Assembly (NCBI GenBank): GCA_963826115.1
Contig: CAWGVS010000004.1
Coordinates: forward strand, 32,001 to 96,000
Reading direction: 5' to 3'
Length of the DNA stretch: 64,000 nucleotides
Origin: an uncultured Candidatus Rokubacteria bacterium
Lineage (GTDB): Bacteria > Methylomirabilota > Methylomirabilia > Rokubacteriales > DASRDR01
Shown: piece by piece, positions 48,012 to 58,132 of the stretch
How the letters are laid out: each line of letters begins with the position of its first letter
Position numbering within the stretch: the first letter of the stretch is position 1
Translations under genes and position numbers: made by a program
Notes under the pieces: model-generated
What the model was told of the DNA's origin: nothing
Seen by the model: only the letters and a program-made list of their open reading frames with translations
Databases searched by the model: none

Positions 48012-48842
48012 CTACGCGCCGAGGAAGGTCCCGAGGCGCCGGACGAACGCGTCCCGCTCCTCGGTCTGCGGCGAGTGGCCGCTCTGCTCGAAGATCACGA
48101 GCTCCGAGTGCGGGATGAGCCCGTGGATCTCCTCGGCCTGATCGACCGGGCAGATCCAGTCGTGGCGCCCCACCATGACGAGGGTCGGGCAGCGGATCGC
48201 CGCCAGCTCGGCGCGACAGTCGTACGTCCGGTACTCGTGCTCGATGACGAACTTCCGCACGGCGATCCGGTAACGGGTGTCGGCGCGGGCCGCGTTCGCC
48301 GCCGCGGCCAGCGTCTTGTCGTGGAAATAGAGCGGCCGGATCGTCTCGAAGGCGCGCCGGAAGCTCTGGTCGTCCGGGAGCGAGCCGTCCCAGAGCGACC
48401 GGTACGCGGCCCACTGCTCCGGCGTGGCCTGGCGGCGCGCGTTGGCCTCCGCGCGCGGCATGAACTCGTGGCTCGCCGCCGCTCCGACGACGGCCAGACG
48501 GCGCATCGAGCCCGGATGGCGCGCGGCGTACATGAGACCGAGGTACCCGCCCCAGCTGATGCCGAGCACGTCGACCGGACCGAGCCCGAGGGCGCGCCGC
48601 ACGCCCTCCACGTCCTCGACCAGCTGGTCCTGCGTGCACTGCTCGACGGGCACCCACTCCGAGCGGCCGTGCCCGCGGTGATCCCAGAAGACCATGCGGC
48701 GGCCGAGCGAGCCCGCGAGCGGCCCGAGCGAGCGCACGAGCCCGCCGGAGTCCGTGCCGGGCCCGCCGTGGGGGACGAGGCACGGCGCCCCGTCCCCCAC
48801 GACCTCCGCGTGGAGGGTGGTTCCGTTGACCCGGAGCTCCAC
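48012..48842 (-). CDS. Alpha/beta hydrolase, proline iminopeptidase-like
   Basis: HGGPG, DHRGHGRS, GISWGG, GRHD, SGH; directly downstream of the peptide SBP. Confidence 0.85.
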   Translation of the reverse strand: MELRVNGTTLHAEVVGDGAPCLVPHGGPGTDSGGLVRSLGPLAGSLGRRMVFWDHRGHGRSEWVPVEQCTQDQLVEDVEGVRRALGLGPVDVLGISWGGYLGLMYAARHPGSMRRLAVVGAAASHEFMPRAEANARRQATPEQWAAYRSLWDGSLPDDQSFRRAFETIRPLYFHDKTLAAAANAARADTRYRIAVRKFVIEHEYRTYDCRAELAAIRCPTLVMVGRHDWICPVDQAEEIHGLIPHSELVIFEQSGHSPQTEERDAFVRRLGTFLGA

Positions 48843-48850
48843 GCCGTCTT

Positions 48851-50497
48851 CTACCGGCCGGTCAGCTTCACCGCCTTCATCGACTGGTAGATCCCGCCGT
48901 ACGCCGGGATCGGCACGAACCCGTCATACGACGTGCGCGTGACGTAGACCTGCTGGGGGAAGTAGAGGAAGACGTACGGCGCGTCCTCCATGAGGATCTT
49001 CGAGAACTCGGCGTAGTGCTTCTTCCGCTCGCCCTGGTCGGCGGCACGCCGCGCGGCCTCGAGCTCGGCATCGGCCCGCGCGCTCTTGTAGTGCGCGAAG
49101 TTCCGGGCCTTCCACTGGCCCGAGTGCCAGATCGAGTAGGCGAACGGATCGGGGTCGTGGAAGTTCGTCCAGCCGACCACGATGCCCTCGAAGTCGGACG
49201 CGAAGAGCTTCTTGACGAAGGTCGGCCAGTCGAGCGGCTCGATCGACGCCTCCACGCCCACCTTCTTCAGGAACTCCTGGATGATGATCGCCGTGTCCTT
49301 GACCGTCTGGTCCGCTTGGTCGTGCCGGAGAGAGAACGCCAGGCGCTTGCCGTCCTTGGCCAGGATCCCGTCCGGGCCGGGCTTCCAGCCGGCCTCGGCG
49401 AGGAGCGCCTTGGCCCGGTTCGGATCGTAGGGGTAGGGCTTGACCGCCGGATCGAACGCCCAGCTGCCCGGCGGGAACTGCCCGTTCGAGATGGCGCCGT
49501 AGCCCTGGAGCACCTCGCGGACGATCGCCGGGACGTCGATCGCGTGATAGAGGGCGCGCCGGACGCGGACGTCGTCGAACGGCGCGACGTCCTGGCGGAA
49601 TCCGAAGTACGTGTACGAGGTGTTGTCGGCGCTGAGCACCTTGAACCCGGGCGTTTGCTTGAGGCGGCCCACCTCGGTCAGCGGCGGCCGCTCGATGAAG
49701 TCGACGCCGCCGGCGCGGAGCTCCTGGAGGAGCACGACCGTGTCCGGGATCACCCGGTAGATCAGGCGGTCGAGGGCGGGCCGCCCGGCATGGTAGTCGG
49801 GATTGGCCTCGAGGACGATCCGCTCCCCGCGCTTCCACTCGACGAACTTGAACGGACCGGTCCCGATCGGCTTCCGGTTGTACTCGGCCGTGTTGAGGTC
49901 GACGCCCTTCAGGAGATGCTCGGGGATGATGCCGGCGCGCGGTAGGACCAGGACGGCGAGGAAGGCGCCGTACGGGTAGCGGAGCCGGAAACGGATCGTG
50001 TGGTCGTCGAGGACCTCGATCGGCTTCTGGGCGAGCTCCTCGGGCTTCTTCGGGTTGTCCTTGTTCGTCAGCTCCGGGAAGCCGACCAGCGCGTCGAAGT
50101 AGCCGCGATGGGGGGTCGTGACCTTGGGGTCGAGCACGGAGTAGAAGGTGAACGCCACGTCCCGCGCGGTGAAGGGCTTGCCGTCGTGCCACTTGACGCC
50201 CTTCTTGAGCTTGAACGTGTACGTGAGCCCGTCCCGCGAGACCTCCCACGACTCCGCCAGGAGGGGTTTCACGCCGAGCTTCTCGTCGAGCTCGACCAGG
50301 CTGTCGAAGATCGGCCACTCCGCGATGTAGGATTGCCCGTCCGTCGCGATCACGGGGTTGAGACTGGTCGCGTCGCCCAGGTAGCCGATCACGAAGTCCT
50401 TCCCGGCGGCGGCGGCGTCCGGCGGGGCGCCGAGCCCCCCCAGCCCCAAGGTCAGCGCGAGGGACAGGAGCAGCGAAACCGCGATCCGGTGACCCAT
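48851..50497 (-). CDS. Peptide ABC transporter substrate-binding protein (family 5)
   Basis: Signal peptide, LAESWEVS.DGLTYTFKL..GVKWHDG.PFTA.DV.F, PIGTGPFKF. Confidence 0.93.
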   Translation of the reverse strand: MGHRIAVSLLLSLALTLGLGGLGAPPDAAAAGKDFVIGYLGDATSLNPVIATDGQSYIAEWPIFDSLVELDEKLGVKPLLAESWEVSRDGLTYTFKLKKGVKWHDGKPFTARDVAFTFYSVLDPKVTTPHRGYFDALVGFPELTNKDNPKKPEELAQKPIEVLDDHTIRFRLRYPYGAFLAVLVLPRAGIIPEHLLKGVDLNTAEYNRKPIGTGPFKFVEWKRGERIVLEANPDYHAGRPALDRLIYRVIPDTVVLLQELRAGGVDFIERPPLTEVGRLKQTPGFKVLSADNTSYTYFGFRQDVAPFDDVRVRRALYHAIDVPAIVREVLQGYGAISNGQFPPGSWAFDPAVKPYPYDPNRAKALLAEAGWKPGPDGILAKDGKRLAFSLRHDQADQTVKDTAIIIQEFLKKVGVEASIEPLDWPTFVKKLFASDFEGIVVGWTNFHDPDPFAYSIWHSGQWKARNFAHYKSARADAELEAARRAADQGERKKHYAEFSKILMEDAPYVFLYFPQQVYVTRTSYDGFVPIPAYGGIYQSMKAVKLTGR

Positions 50498-50509
50498 GGA
50501 ATCTCCTCC

Positions 50510-51346
50510 TTAGCGGGAGCCCGAGCGGAGCGCCGGGTCGAGCGCGTCGCGCAACCCGTCGCCGAAGAGGTTGAACCCGAGGACGGTGGCGAAGATCGCG
50601 AGGCCCGGGAAGGTCGAGACCCACCAGGCCGAGGCGAGGAACTGCCGGCCCTCCACGACCATGTTCCCCCAGCTCGGGGTCGGCGGCTGGACCCCGAGGC
50701 CGAGGTAGGAGAGGCCGGACTCGATCAGGATGGTCTGCCCGAGGAGCAGGGTCCCCTGGACGATGATGGCGGGGACAGCGTTGACCAGCACGTGCCGCGC
50801 GAGGATCCGGCCGTGGCTCGCGCCCAGCGCGCGGGCGGCCTCGACGAAGTCCCGGGCGCGGAGGGTGAGGCATTCGCCGCGGACGATGCGCGCGACGGGC
50901 GCCCAGGTCACGAGGCCCACGACCAGCGCGGTGTTGAGGAGGCTCGCGCCGAAGAGGGCGACCACGACCAGGATGAGGAACAGCGCCGGCACCGACATGA
51001 ACACGTCGGCCACGCGCATGATCGCCGTATCGACCGCGCCGCCGAAGTAGCCGGCCGTGCCGCCGACCGCCGTGCCGCCGAGGATGGCGAGTCCCGTCGC
51101 CAGGAACCCGATCTCGAGCGAGACGCGGGCGCCCCACACCACCCGGCTCAGGATGTCGCGGCCGAACCCGTCCGTGCCGAGCCAGTGGGCCGTGGTCGGC
51201 GGCTTCAGACGCTGGAGGAGCGACTGGCTCGAGTAGCTGTAGGGCGCCACCGCCGGGGCGAGCAGGCCGGCGATCAGCATCGCGGCGACGACGATCCCGC
51301 CGAGGAGCCCGCGCCGGTTCCGGACGAGGCGCCCGAGCCCGCTCAC
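50510..51346 (-). CDS. Peptide ABC transporter permease (DppC-like)
   Basis: HWLGTDGFGRDILSR, DFVEAARALGAS, ESGLSYLGLGVQPPTPSWG. Confidence 0.93.
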   Translation of the reverse strand: MSGLGRLVRNRRGLLGGIVVAAMLIAGLLAPAVAPYSYSSQSLLQRLKPPTTAHWLGTDGFGRDILSRVVWGARVSLEIGFLATGLAILGGTAVGGTAGYFGGAVDTAIMRVADVFMSVPALFLILVVVALFGASLLNTALVVGLVTWAPVARIVRGECLTLRARDFVEAARALGASHGRILARHVLVNAVPAIIVQGTLLLGQTILIESGLSYLGLGVQPPTPSWGNMVVEGRQFLASAWWVSTFPGLAIFATVLGFNLFGDGLRDALDPALRSGSR

Positions 51347-52305
51347 GAGTACGAGATCCGTGGGTCGACCAGGCAGTAGACCAGGTCGGTCAGGAGGTTC
51401 GCGGCGATCACGACCGTCGCGACCAGGAGATTCACGCCCATGATGACCGGATAGTCCCGCTCGAACACCGCGCCGACGGCCAGGCGCCCGATGCCCGGCC
51501 AGGCGAACACGGTCTCGGTCAGCACCGCCCCGCCCACCAGGGCGGGGAGCGACAGGCCGACGACGGTGACCACCGGGATCAGCGCGTTGCGGAACGCGTG
51601 GCCCCAGACGACGCGGCGGGTCGGCACGCCCTTGGCCTCCGCGGTCCGGACGTAGTCCTGGCGCAGCGCCTCGAGGAGACTCGACCGGGTGAAGCGCATG
51701 AACGACGCCATCTGGATCAGCGCGAGCGTCAGCGTGGGCAGCACGGCGTGGCGGAGCCGGGCGGCCACGTCGCCCTCGTGCCCGTACTCGCTCAGCCCCG
51801 ACGGCGGCAGGAGGTGGAGCGCCTCGGAGAAGAGGAGGATCAGCATGATCCCGAGCCAGAAGCTCGGGAACGACACCCCGAAGAGCGAGACCGCGGAGGC
51901 GAGCGAGTCCCAGACGGTGTCCCGGCGGACCGCGGCGAGGACGCCGAGCGGCACCGCCACCGCGAGCGCGAGCACGAGCGCGCCGCCGGTCAGCTGGAGG
52001 GTGGGGCCCAGGCGGTCGAGGATCAGGCCGAGCACGGGGTCACCGGTCTTGAAGGAGCGCCCGAGGTCGCCCCGGACCGCGCCGAGCACCCAGCTCCCGT
52101 ACTGCGCCGGCAGCGGCCGATCGAGGCCGAGCCGCTGACGCACCTGGGCCGCGACCTCCTGCGAGAACTCGCCGCCGATCAGCACGGCCTCCGGGCCTCC
52201 CGGCGCCAAGCGCATCAGCGTGAAGAGGATGACGGAGACGCCGGCGAGCATCAGGGCAGCAAACCCGAGCCGCTTCGCGACGTAACGCCCGAGGCCTCGG
52301 TTCAT
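51343..52305 (-). CDS. Peptide ABC transporter permease (DppB-like)
   Basis: LGLDRPL..QY, DYVRTAEAKG, TETVFAWPGIG, VDPRI. Confidence 0.93.
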   Translation of the reverse strand: MNRGLGRYVAKRLGFAALMLAGVSVILFTLMRLAPGGPEAVLIGGEFSQEVAAQVRQRLGLDRPLPAQYGSWVLGAVRGDLGRSFKTGDPVLGLILDRLGPTLQLTGGALVLALAVAVPLGVLAAVRRDTVWDSLASAVSLFGVSFPSFWLGIMLILLFSEALHLLPPSGLSEYGHEGDVAARLRHAVLPTLTLALIQMASFMRFTRSSLLEALRQDYVRTAEAKGVPTRRVVWGHAFRNALIPVVTVVGLSLPALVGGAVLTETVFAWPGIGRLAVGAVFERDYPVIMGVNLLVATVVIAANLLTDLVYCLVDPRISYS

Positions 52306-52431
52306 CTCACACGGTGGCGGCCGCCGGCCGGCGCCTCGCGCGGGCGAGTCGTCCGACCGGCAGCGAGGGTGACGCTAGCACCGCCGAGCGAAGAGCGTCA
52401 ATCGGCCCCGGCACGTCGGGGCGGGCTGCGG

Positions 52432-53658
52432 CTAGGCCGCGCGCCGGCGCCGGAGCAGCTGGTGGGCGACGGCGGCCGCGAGCCCCGCGACCCCGATCGC
52501 GCCCGCCATCGGCACGGGCGTGCCGTCGTAGAGCCGTCCGACGACGATGCCGTACGTCGCGGCGGCCGTCAGCTGGAGGAACCCGAGCACCGCGGAGGCG
52601 AGCCCCGCGGTGCGCGGGAAGGGCCCGATCGCGCCCGCGATGGCCGTCGGGAGCACGATGCCCACCCCGACCGAGAAGACATACATCGGGCCGATCATCG
52701 CCGGCACGGTCCAGACGCCGCCCCACGCGAGCGCCGCCATGAGGCCGCCGGCGACGGCGCCCAGCCCGGTGGCCGCGGCGATCAGCCGGTCGATCCCGGC
52801 CCTCGCGGTGAGTCGCGCGGCGAGGAAGCTGCCGGTCATGATCCCGAACGCGACGAGCCCGAAGCACAGCCCGTAGACGTCCGGCGGCACGCGGAGGACC
52901 TCGATCAGGACGAACGCCGAGCCCGAGATGAACGCGAACTGGCCGCCGAACATGAGCGCGACCACCAGCGTGTAGCCGAGGAACGCGGGGTCGCGGAGGA
53001 GGTCGGCGGCGTTCGTGGCGAGGTGACCGGGTCGGAGCGCGTCCGGATCGCGTCGGCGGTTGGTTTCCGGGACGAGCCGGACGGCGAGGGCGAGGAAGAG
53101 GGCGCCGCACGTCGCCAGGACGAGGTACACCGCGCGCCAGCCGAAGGCCACGTGGACGACGCCGCCCACGATGGGCGCGAGGATCGGCGTCAACGCCATG
53201 GCGGTGCCCATGTAGCCGAGGACGCGCGCGGCGCGCGCCGGCTCGTAGAGATCACGGATCACGGCGCGGCCGACGACGGGCCCGCTGCCGGCGCCGAGCG
53301 CCTGGAGCAGGCGGCCGGCGACGAGGAGCGGCGCGGACGGCGCGGCCCAGCAGGCGAGCCCGCCGGCCACGTAGACCGCGAGGCCGCCCAGCAGCACGCG
53401 GCGACGGCCGATGCGATCGGACAATGGTCCGTGGATGAGCTGGGCGACCGCGAATCCCGCGAGGAAGAGGGTGACGGTGAGCTGTACCGTGGCCGGCGCC
53501 GTGCCGAGGGCGACGGCCGTCGCGGGGAGCGATGGCAGTGTCATGTCGATGGACAGGGCGCCGATCGCCACGACGGCCGTGAGAAGGGCGGCGACCGGAC
53601 CGCGGAGGCGGTCGGCGGATGCTGCCGGCCCGCCGGGCGCGAGATCGGGCGAAGCCGT
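52432..53658 (-). CDS. Bcr/CflA-family multidrug MFS transporter (start uncertain)
   Basis: LSIDMTLPSLP, GPLSDRIGRR, RLLQALGA; homology runs upstream of the first canonical start (53571) to an in-frame ACG at 53658. Confidence 0.85.
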   Translation of the reverse strand, partial: TASPDLAPGGPAASADRLRGPVAALLTAVVAIGALSIDMTLPSLPATAVALGTAPATVQLTVTLFLAGFAVAQLIHGPLSDRIGRRRVLLGGLAVYVAGGLACWAAPSAPLLVAGRLLQALGAGSGPVVGRAVIRDLYEPARAARVLGYMGTAMALTPILAPIVGGVVHVAFGWRAVYLVLATCGALFLALAVRLVPETNRRRDPDALRPGHLATNAADLLRDPAFLGYTLVVALMFGGQFAFISGSAFVLIEVLRVPPDVYGLCFGLVAFGIMTGSFLAARLTARAGIDRLIAAATGLGAVAGGLMAALAWGGVWTVPAMIGPMYVFSVGVGIVLPTAIAGAIGPFPRTAGLASAVLGFLQLTAAATYGIVVGRLYDGTPVPMAGAIGVAGLAAAVAHQLLRRRRAA

Positions 53659-53665
53659 GGCGGCC

Positions 53666-54655
53666 CTACGGCTCGGTGACGGCGAGACGGGCGAAGGTGG
53701 CGGCGTCGATGTTGGAGCCGCAGACGATCACCCCGACCCGCCGCCCGCGCAACCGCTCCCGCAGGGGGCCGAGGAGCGCCGCGGTGGCGGCGGCGCCCGC
53801 CGGCTCGACCGCGAGCTTGACCCCCCGAAACAGGAGCCCCATCGCGCGCCGGAGCGCGTCGTCGTCCACGAGGACCAGGTCGTCGAGGGCGCGGCGGCAG
53901 AGCTCGAAGCTGTACGGCGCGGCGTGCGGTGCGCCGAGACTGTCGGCGATCGTCCGCACGGCCTCGATTGACTGGGGCTTGCCCGCCGCGAGGCTCCGGT
54001 GCATCGAGTCCGCGCCCTCCGGCTCGACCCCGAAGACCTGGCACCGCGGCAGGGTGAGCTTCACGGCGGTCGCGAGACCGGCGCAGAGGCCGCCGCCCCC
54101 GATCGGGACGATCACCGCGTCGAGGTCGGGCGCCTGGGCCGCCAGCTCGAGCCCGACCGTCGCGGTCCCGAGGGCGGTGAGCGGGCCCTCGAAGGGGTGC
54201 ACGAACGTCCGGCCCTCGCTGGCCTCGATCTCGCGCACGCGCTCGAAGGCCCGATGCACGTCGTCGACCAGCTCGACCTCGGCGCCCCACCAGCGGCAGG
54301 CCGCGACGCGCGCGGGGTTCGCCGTGCGCGGCATCACCACCTTGGCGGTGGTGCCGAGGACGCGCGCGGCGTACCCGACGGCGATGGCATGGTTGCCGGC
54401 GCTCACCGCCGTGACCCCGCGCGCGAGGGCGGCCCGATCGAGCCCCAGCATCACCGTCAGCGCCCCGCGCGGCTTGAACGTGCCCGTGTGCTGGAAGAGC
54501 TCGAGCTTCAGGACGACCTGGGTGCCGTCCGCCAGATGCTCGGTGATCTCGCGCCCGCGCCACCGCCACACCGGCGTCTCCACGACGAGATCGCCGAGCC
54601 GCTCCCGGGCCGCGCGGATCTCGGCGAGCGTCGGGCCGGTCGTCTCCGCGCTCAT
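53666..54655 (-). CDS. Threonine/serine dehydratase (PLP fold II, no regulatory domain)
   Basis: LKLELFQHTGTFKPRGA, SAGNHA, PIGGGGL, EPAGAA, CGSNID. Confidence 0.9.
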   Translation of the reverse strand: MSAETTGPTLAEIRAARERLGDLVVETPVWRWRGREITEHLADGTQVVLKLELFQHTGTFKPRGALTVMLGLDRAALARGVTAVSAGNHAIAVGYAARVLGTTAKVVMPRTANPARVAACRWWGAEVELVDDVHRAFERVREIEASEGRTFVHPFEGPLTALGTATVGLELAAQAPDLDAVIVPIGGGGLCAGLATAVKLTLPRCQVFGVEPEGADSMHRSLAAGKPQSIEAVRTIADSLGAPHAAPYSFELCRRALDDLVLVDDDALRRAMGLLFRGVKLAVEPAGAAATAALLGPLRERLRGRRVGVIVCGSNIDAATFARLAVTEP

Positions 54656-55500
54656 CGGGCCGCCGCGCCGGTGGCCGTCGGCGGGGTCATCCCGTGTTGG
54701 CCGCGGTAGTCGGCGGGCTCGGGCGAGCGCCAGCCCTGGAGGAGCCGGCTCTCCGGCTGCCAGACCTCGACGCCGAGCGGCCGGCAGACCTCGATCGGGT
54801 CGCGGGCGCCCGGCCCCCAGAGCGGGATCGACAGGTCGCCGCCGGGACAGGTCGAGATCGCGCAGAGGAGGTCGATCTCCGCGAAGATCTCGAAGAAGTC
54901 GCCCTTCTTGGCGGGGCTCGCCTTCATGAAGTAGCGGTCGTCGAGGAGCCCGGTCACCTGGAAGACGTTGAGCACGTCGTGGACGTCGAATTCCGTCAGG
55001 CGGTACGGGGCGACGGCGCGGACCAGATTCGAGTGGCAACAGAAGTCGAACTCCTGCCCGGTGAGGAGCTTCGTCACGTAAGGGTCGCAGCGCGTTCCCA
55101 GAAGGTCGTGGCAGCGGCCGCCGTCGGCGTCGATCCCGTACTGCAGCGTGTCGTTCGTGATCGTCGCCAGGGGGCGCAGGTACGGGAGGGTCGACCAGAG
55201 ACGGTCGTAGGTGGTCACGTGAGCCCGGTGGAGCTGCTTCGTCCGGGACGCCCAGAAGCGCTCGCGCGGGTTGTGGAGGTTCCACACGTTGAGGTCGGCC
55301 ACCTGCGGTCCCTCGACGGTCACGATGCGGCAGACCTGGCCCGCGCGGACCGGCCAGGCCCGCCCGGAGCGGATGGGCACGACGAAGCGATCGACGAGGG
55401 TGCGCGCGGCGGTCTCGCGGGCGAGTCGGTCGTAGAAGGGGCGGTCCACGACGAGGGGACCGCTCGGTGTCGAGGGCAGGTACGTCCAAGGCTGCGACAT
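54652..55500 (-). CDS. DUF1989 (urea carboxylase-associated family) protein
   Basis: GPQVADLN, LWSTLPYLRP, HDLLGTRCDPY, CCHSNL, HDVLNVFQ, STCPGGD. Confidence 0.88.
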   Translation of the reverse strand: MSQPWTYLPSTPSGPLVVDRPFYDRLARETAARTLVDRFVVPIRSGRAWPVRAGQVCRIVTVEGPQVADLNVWNLHNPRERFWASRTKQLHRAHVTTYDRLWSTLPYLRPLATITNDTLQYGIDADGGRCHDLLGTRCDPYVTKLLTGQEFDFCCHSNLVRAVAPYRLTEFDVHDVLNVFQVTGLLDDRYFMKASPAKKGDFFEIFAEIDLLCAISTCPGGDLSIPLWGPGARDPIEVCRPLGVEVWQPESRLLQGWRSPEPADYRGQHGMTPPTATGAAAR

Positions 55501-55588
55501 GCGTCGTCCTCCGATGTCAGAGATGCGCGCGCCACTCTAGCACGGGCGCCGCGGCCGGACCGGCGGCGCCCCGCGGCGCGGCCGCGCG

Positions 55589-56644
55589 TCAGGCGAAGCG
55601 CCAGCCATCGAGGGCGGCGGGGTCCTCCGGGCGAATCCGGAGCGGGAGGTCCCGGTCGCCGAGGATGCCGGCCGCGACCAGTGGGTCGAGTCCCGCGGCG
55701 TGGGCGAGGGCGCGCGGGAGCCGGGGCATGAGCGCCAGGCGATCGACCCCGGCGGCGGCGCGCGCCGGGAGTCGCGGGCCCTCGCCGTACGGGGTCCACA
55801 CGCGGACGGACGCGCCGCGGCCCGCGCGGCGCGCGACCACGGGGACCTGGGTCCAGAGCGTGCCGGGCCGGGGCGGCGGAATCGGGTCCGCGAATCCAGA
55901 CGCGACGTCCCACTGGGCGAGGTCGGCCGGCGACCGCGTCGCTCCCGCCGTCCGACTCCCCCAGGTCAGCGTGACCGCGAGCGAGCGGCGCCGGCAGACG
56001 ACCCCGTGGGGCGTCCGGGCGGGCAGGTGGAACAAGGTCCCCGGCGCGAGATCGAAGGTCCGCCAGCCGTTCCGGCGTCCCGAGACCGCGAGCCGGTCGT
56101 CGAGGTCCTCGGGGGTGCCGGGCGGGACCCGCGGTCCGATGGTCACCGTCCGCCGTCCCTCGAGCTGCAGCCAGAACGCGTCGACCTCGCCGTCGTGGTG
56201 GAGGCCCATGGCGGCCCGCCCCCGGCCCTCGACGATGAACAGGAACGAGCACTCGTCGCGGGCGCCCGCGGCGGTCGGTGGGTAGAAGGCCGCGCGGAGG
56301 GCGACCATCAGGCGCATCAGGCGCGGCAGTACCTGGTGGACCTGCGGGAGATAGGCCGTCTTCCCGGCCGCCAGGGCCGCGGCCAGTCGCCGCGGGTCGC
56401 CCGTCCGGTCGACCCGACGCTCCGCGGCGATCTGGAACGGGAGTCCGCTGCCGGCCATCCCGACGCATGTCGCGAAGTCCGGCGCCGTGAGACGCCAGGC
56501 CCGGTTGCGCGGCGGCAGGACGGCGGGCGCGTGACCGAGGGTGCGTTGGCGGAACGCCCGCCGTGCCCGCTCGTCGAGGAACCAGCTCGCGAGCGGGGAC
56601 ACCGGCGCCGCCCGCGGATCGGCCCGGCGCCGCGACGGGATCAT
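55589..56644 (-). CDS. JmjC/cupin-fold 2OG-Fe(II) oxygenase-like protein (YcfD/ROXA-like)
   Basis: GLHHD (HxD), FWLQLEGRR, LAPG..FHLPARTPH (distal His). Confidence 0.75.
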   Translation of the reverse strand: MIPSRRRADPRAAPVSPLASWFLDERARRAFRQRTLGHAPAVLPPRNRAWRLTAPDFATCVGMAGSGLPFQIAAERRVDRTGDPRRLAAALAAGKTAYLPQVHQVLPRLMRLMVALRAAFYPPTAAGARDECSFLFIVEGRGRAAMGLHHDGEVDAFWLQLEGRRTVTIGPRVPPGTPEDLDDRLAVSGRRNGWRTFDLAPGTLFHLPARTPHGVVCRRRSLAVTLTWGSRTAGATRSPADLAQWDVASGFADPIPPPRPGTLWTQVPVVARRAGRGASVRVWTPYGEGPRLPARAAAGVDRLALMPRLPRALAHAAGLDPLVAAGILGDRDLPLRIRPEDPAALDGWRFA

Positions 56645-56784
56645 GATGGCGAAGGATAGGGGAGAGAGCGGCCGAGGACAACGGCGGCGCCCGCGGGGTG
56701 GACGCGGGGTCGCGCCCGGGGTAGAGAGAGAGGGCGCCGGCCTGCCGCCGGTGGCGCCGCATCCCTCGTTGCCGCGGAGGTCGC

Positions 56785-57306
56785 ATGATCGTCGAAGCCA
56801 AGCTCGCGAGCCTGGGACTCCCCCTGCCGGACCTCGAGGCCGACTACCGGAAGAACCGGTCGGGCGCCCGCTTCATGTCGCACCGTGCCGTGGGCCCGCT
56901 CCTGTACCTGTCCGGCACCGTGCCGATCCGCGACGAGGAGGCGTACCTCCCCGGCCTCCTCGGCGCCGACCTCACGATCGAGCAGGGGTACGAGGCGGCG
57001 CGCTGGGCGCTGGTGCAGTCGCTGTCGGCCGTGAAGTACGCGCTCGGCGACCTCGACCGGCTGGACACCGCCATTCACCTGACCGGCTACGTGAACTCGG
57101 CGCCGGGCTTCAGCGACCAGCCGCGGGTGATCAACGGGGCGACCGACCTGCTCGTCGCGCTCTACGGCGACCGGGGGAAGCCGACCCGGGCGGCGATCGG
57201 CTGCCGGGGGCTGGCGTTGAACTCCTCGGTCGAGCTCGTCCTGACCGTCACCTACACGGGCGCCGACGTCCGCCCGCCGCTGGCCCGCGACCGCTGGGCC
57301 CGCTGA
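56785..57306 (+). CDS. RidA/YjgF family protein
   Basis: LYLSG, GYVNSAPGFSDQPRVINGATDLL, RAAIG (conserved Arg), SVE; GGAGG RBS. Confidence 0.9.
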   Translation: MIVEAKLASLGLPLPDLEADYRKNRSGARFMSHRAVGPLLYLSGTVPIRDEEAYLPGLLGADLTIEQGYEAARWALVQSLSAVKYALGDLDRLDTAIHLTGYVNSAPGFSDQPRVINGATDLLVALYGDRGKPTRAAIGCRGLALNSSVELVLTVTYTGADVRPPLARDRWAR

Positions 57307-57446
57307 CCGGACCGTCCGGGCCGCCGGGAACACCGAGGGCCCCATCCCGGGTTTTCCGGATGAGCGGAGGGCGCCCGGTGCGGCCCGCCCGTCGCGCCGA
57401 CCGGCCGGACGCGGGGGCCGGTGGGGCGTGGCGCGAACCCGCCAGG

Positions 57447-57471
57447 TATAATGCGAGGGTTCAACGGGAGG
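57447..57471 (+). promoter_or_regulatory. -10 hexamer and RBS for the DUF502 gene
   Basis: TATAAT at 57447-57452, GGGAGG ending at 57471, GTG at 57478. Confidence 0.55.
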
Positions 57472-57477
57472 CGACAG

Positions 57478-58110
57478 GTGCCAGGGCTTCTCCAGTCGTG
57501 GTTCAAGGTCCGGTTCTTCACCGGCGTCTTCGTGACCCTGCCGGTGGTCCTGACCGCGTGGGTGTTCTGGCTCTTCTACGCGTCGGTCGACGGTTTCATG
57601 GCGCCGTTCTACGAGCACTTGCTCGGACGGCACCTCCCGGGGCTCGGTTTCCTCACCGCGGTTCTCATCATCTTCTGCGTCGGGGTCTTCGCCACCAATG
57701 TCGTGGGGCGACGGATCCTCCAGTGGGGCGAGCGCGTGATCCGCTACATCCCGCTGGTGCGGCGCGTCTACCCGACCGTCAAGGATTTCGTGGACGCGTT
57801 CTCGCCGAACCGGCGCTCGGGCTTCCGCGAGTTCGTGGTCGTCGAGCACCCACGCGAGGGCGCCTACTCGTACGGGTTCCTGACCGGCGACGTGCACGTC
57901 GAGGGCACCAAGCCCGACGCGCTCCTCTCGATCTACGTGCCCACGAACCACCTCTATCTCGGCGACATCGTCCTCGTGCCGCGGGACGCCGTGCTCCCCA
58001 CGGGCCTGTCGGTCGAGGACGGCATCCGCATCATCCTCTCCGCGGGCACGGCCGCGCCGTCCCGGCTCCCCCACGACGGGAGCGGCGGGCTCGGCGCGGC
58101 GGCCACGTGA
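57478..58110 (+). CDS. DUF502-family membrane protein
   Basis: FFTGVFVTLP, PGLG, IPLVRRVY..VK, VVEHPR, YVPT, GIRIILSAG. Confidence 0.88.
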   Translation: MPGLLQSWFKVRFFTGVFVTLPVVLTAWVFWLFYASVDGFMAPFYEHLLGRHLPGLGFLTAVLIIFCVGVFATNVVGRRILQWGERVIRYIPLVRRVYPTVKDFVDAFSPNRRSGFREFVVVEHPREGAYSYGFLTGDVHVEGTKPDALLSIYVPTNHLYLGDIVLVPRDAVLPTGLSVEDGIRIILSAGTAAPSRLPHDGSGGLGAAAT

Positions 58111-58132
58111 CAGCATCCAGGAGACCAGCACC

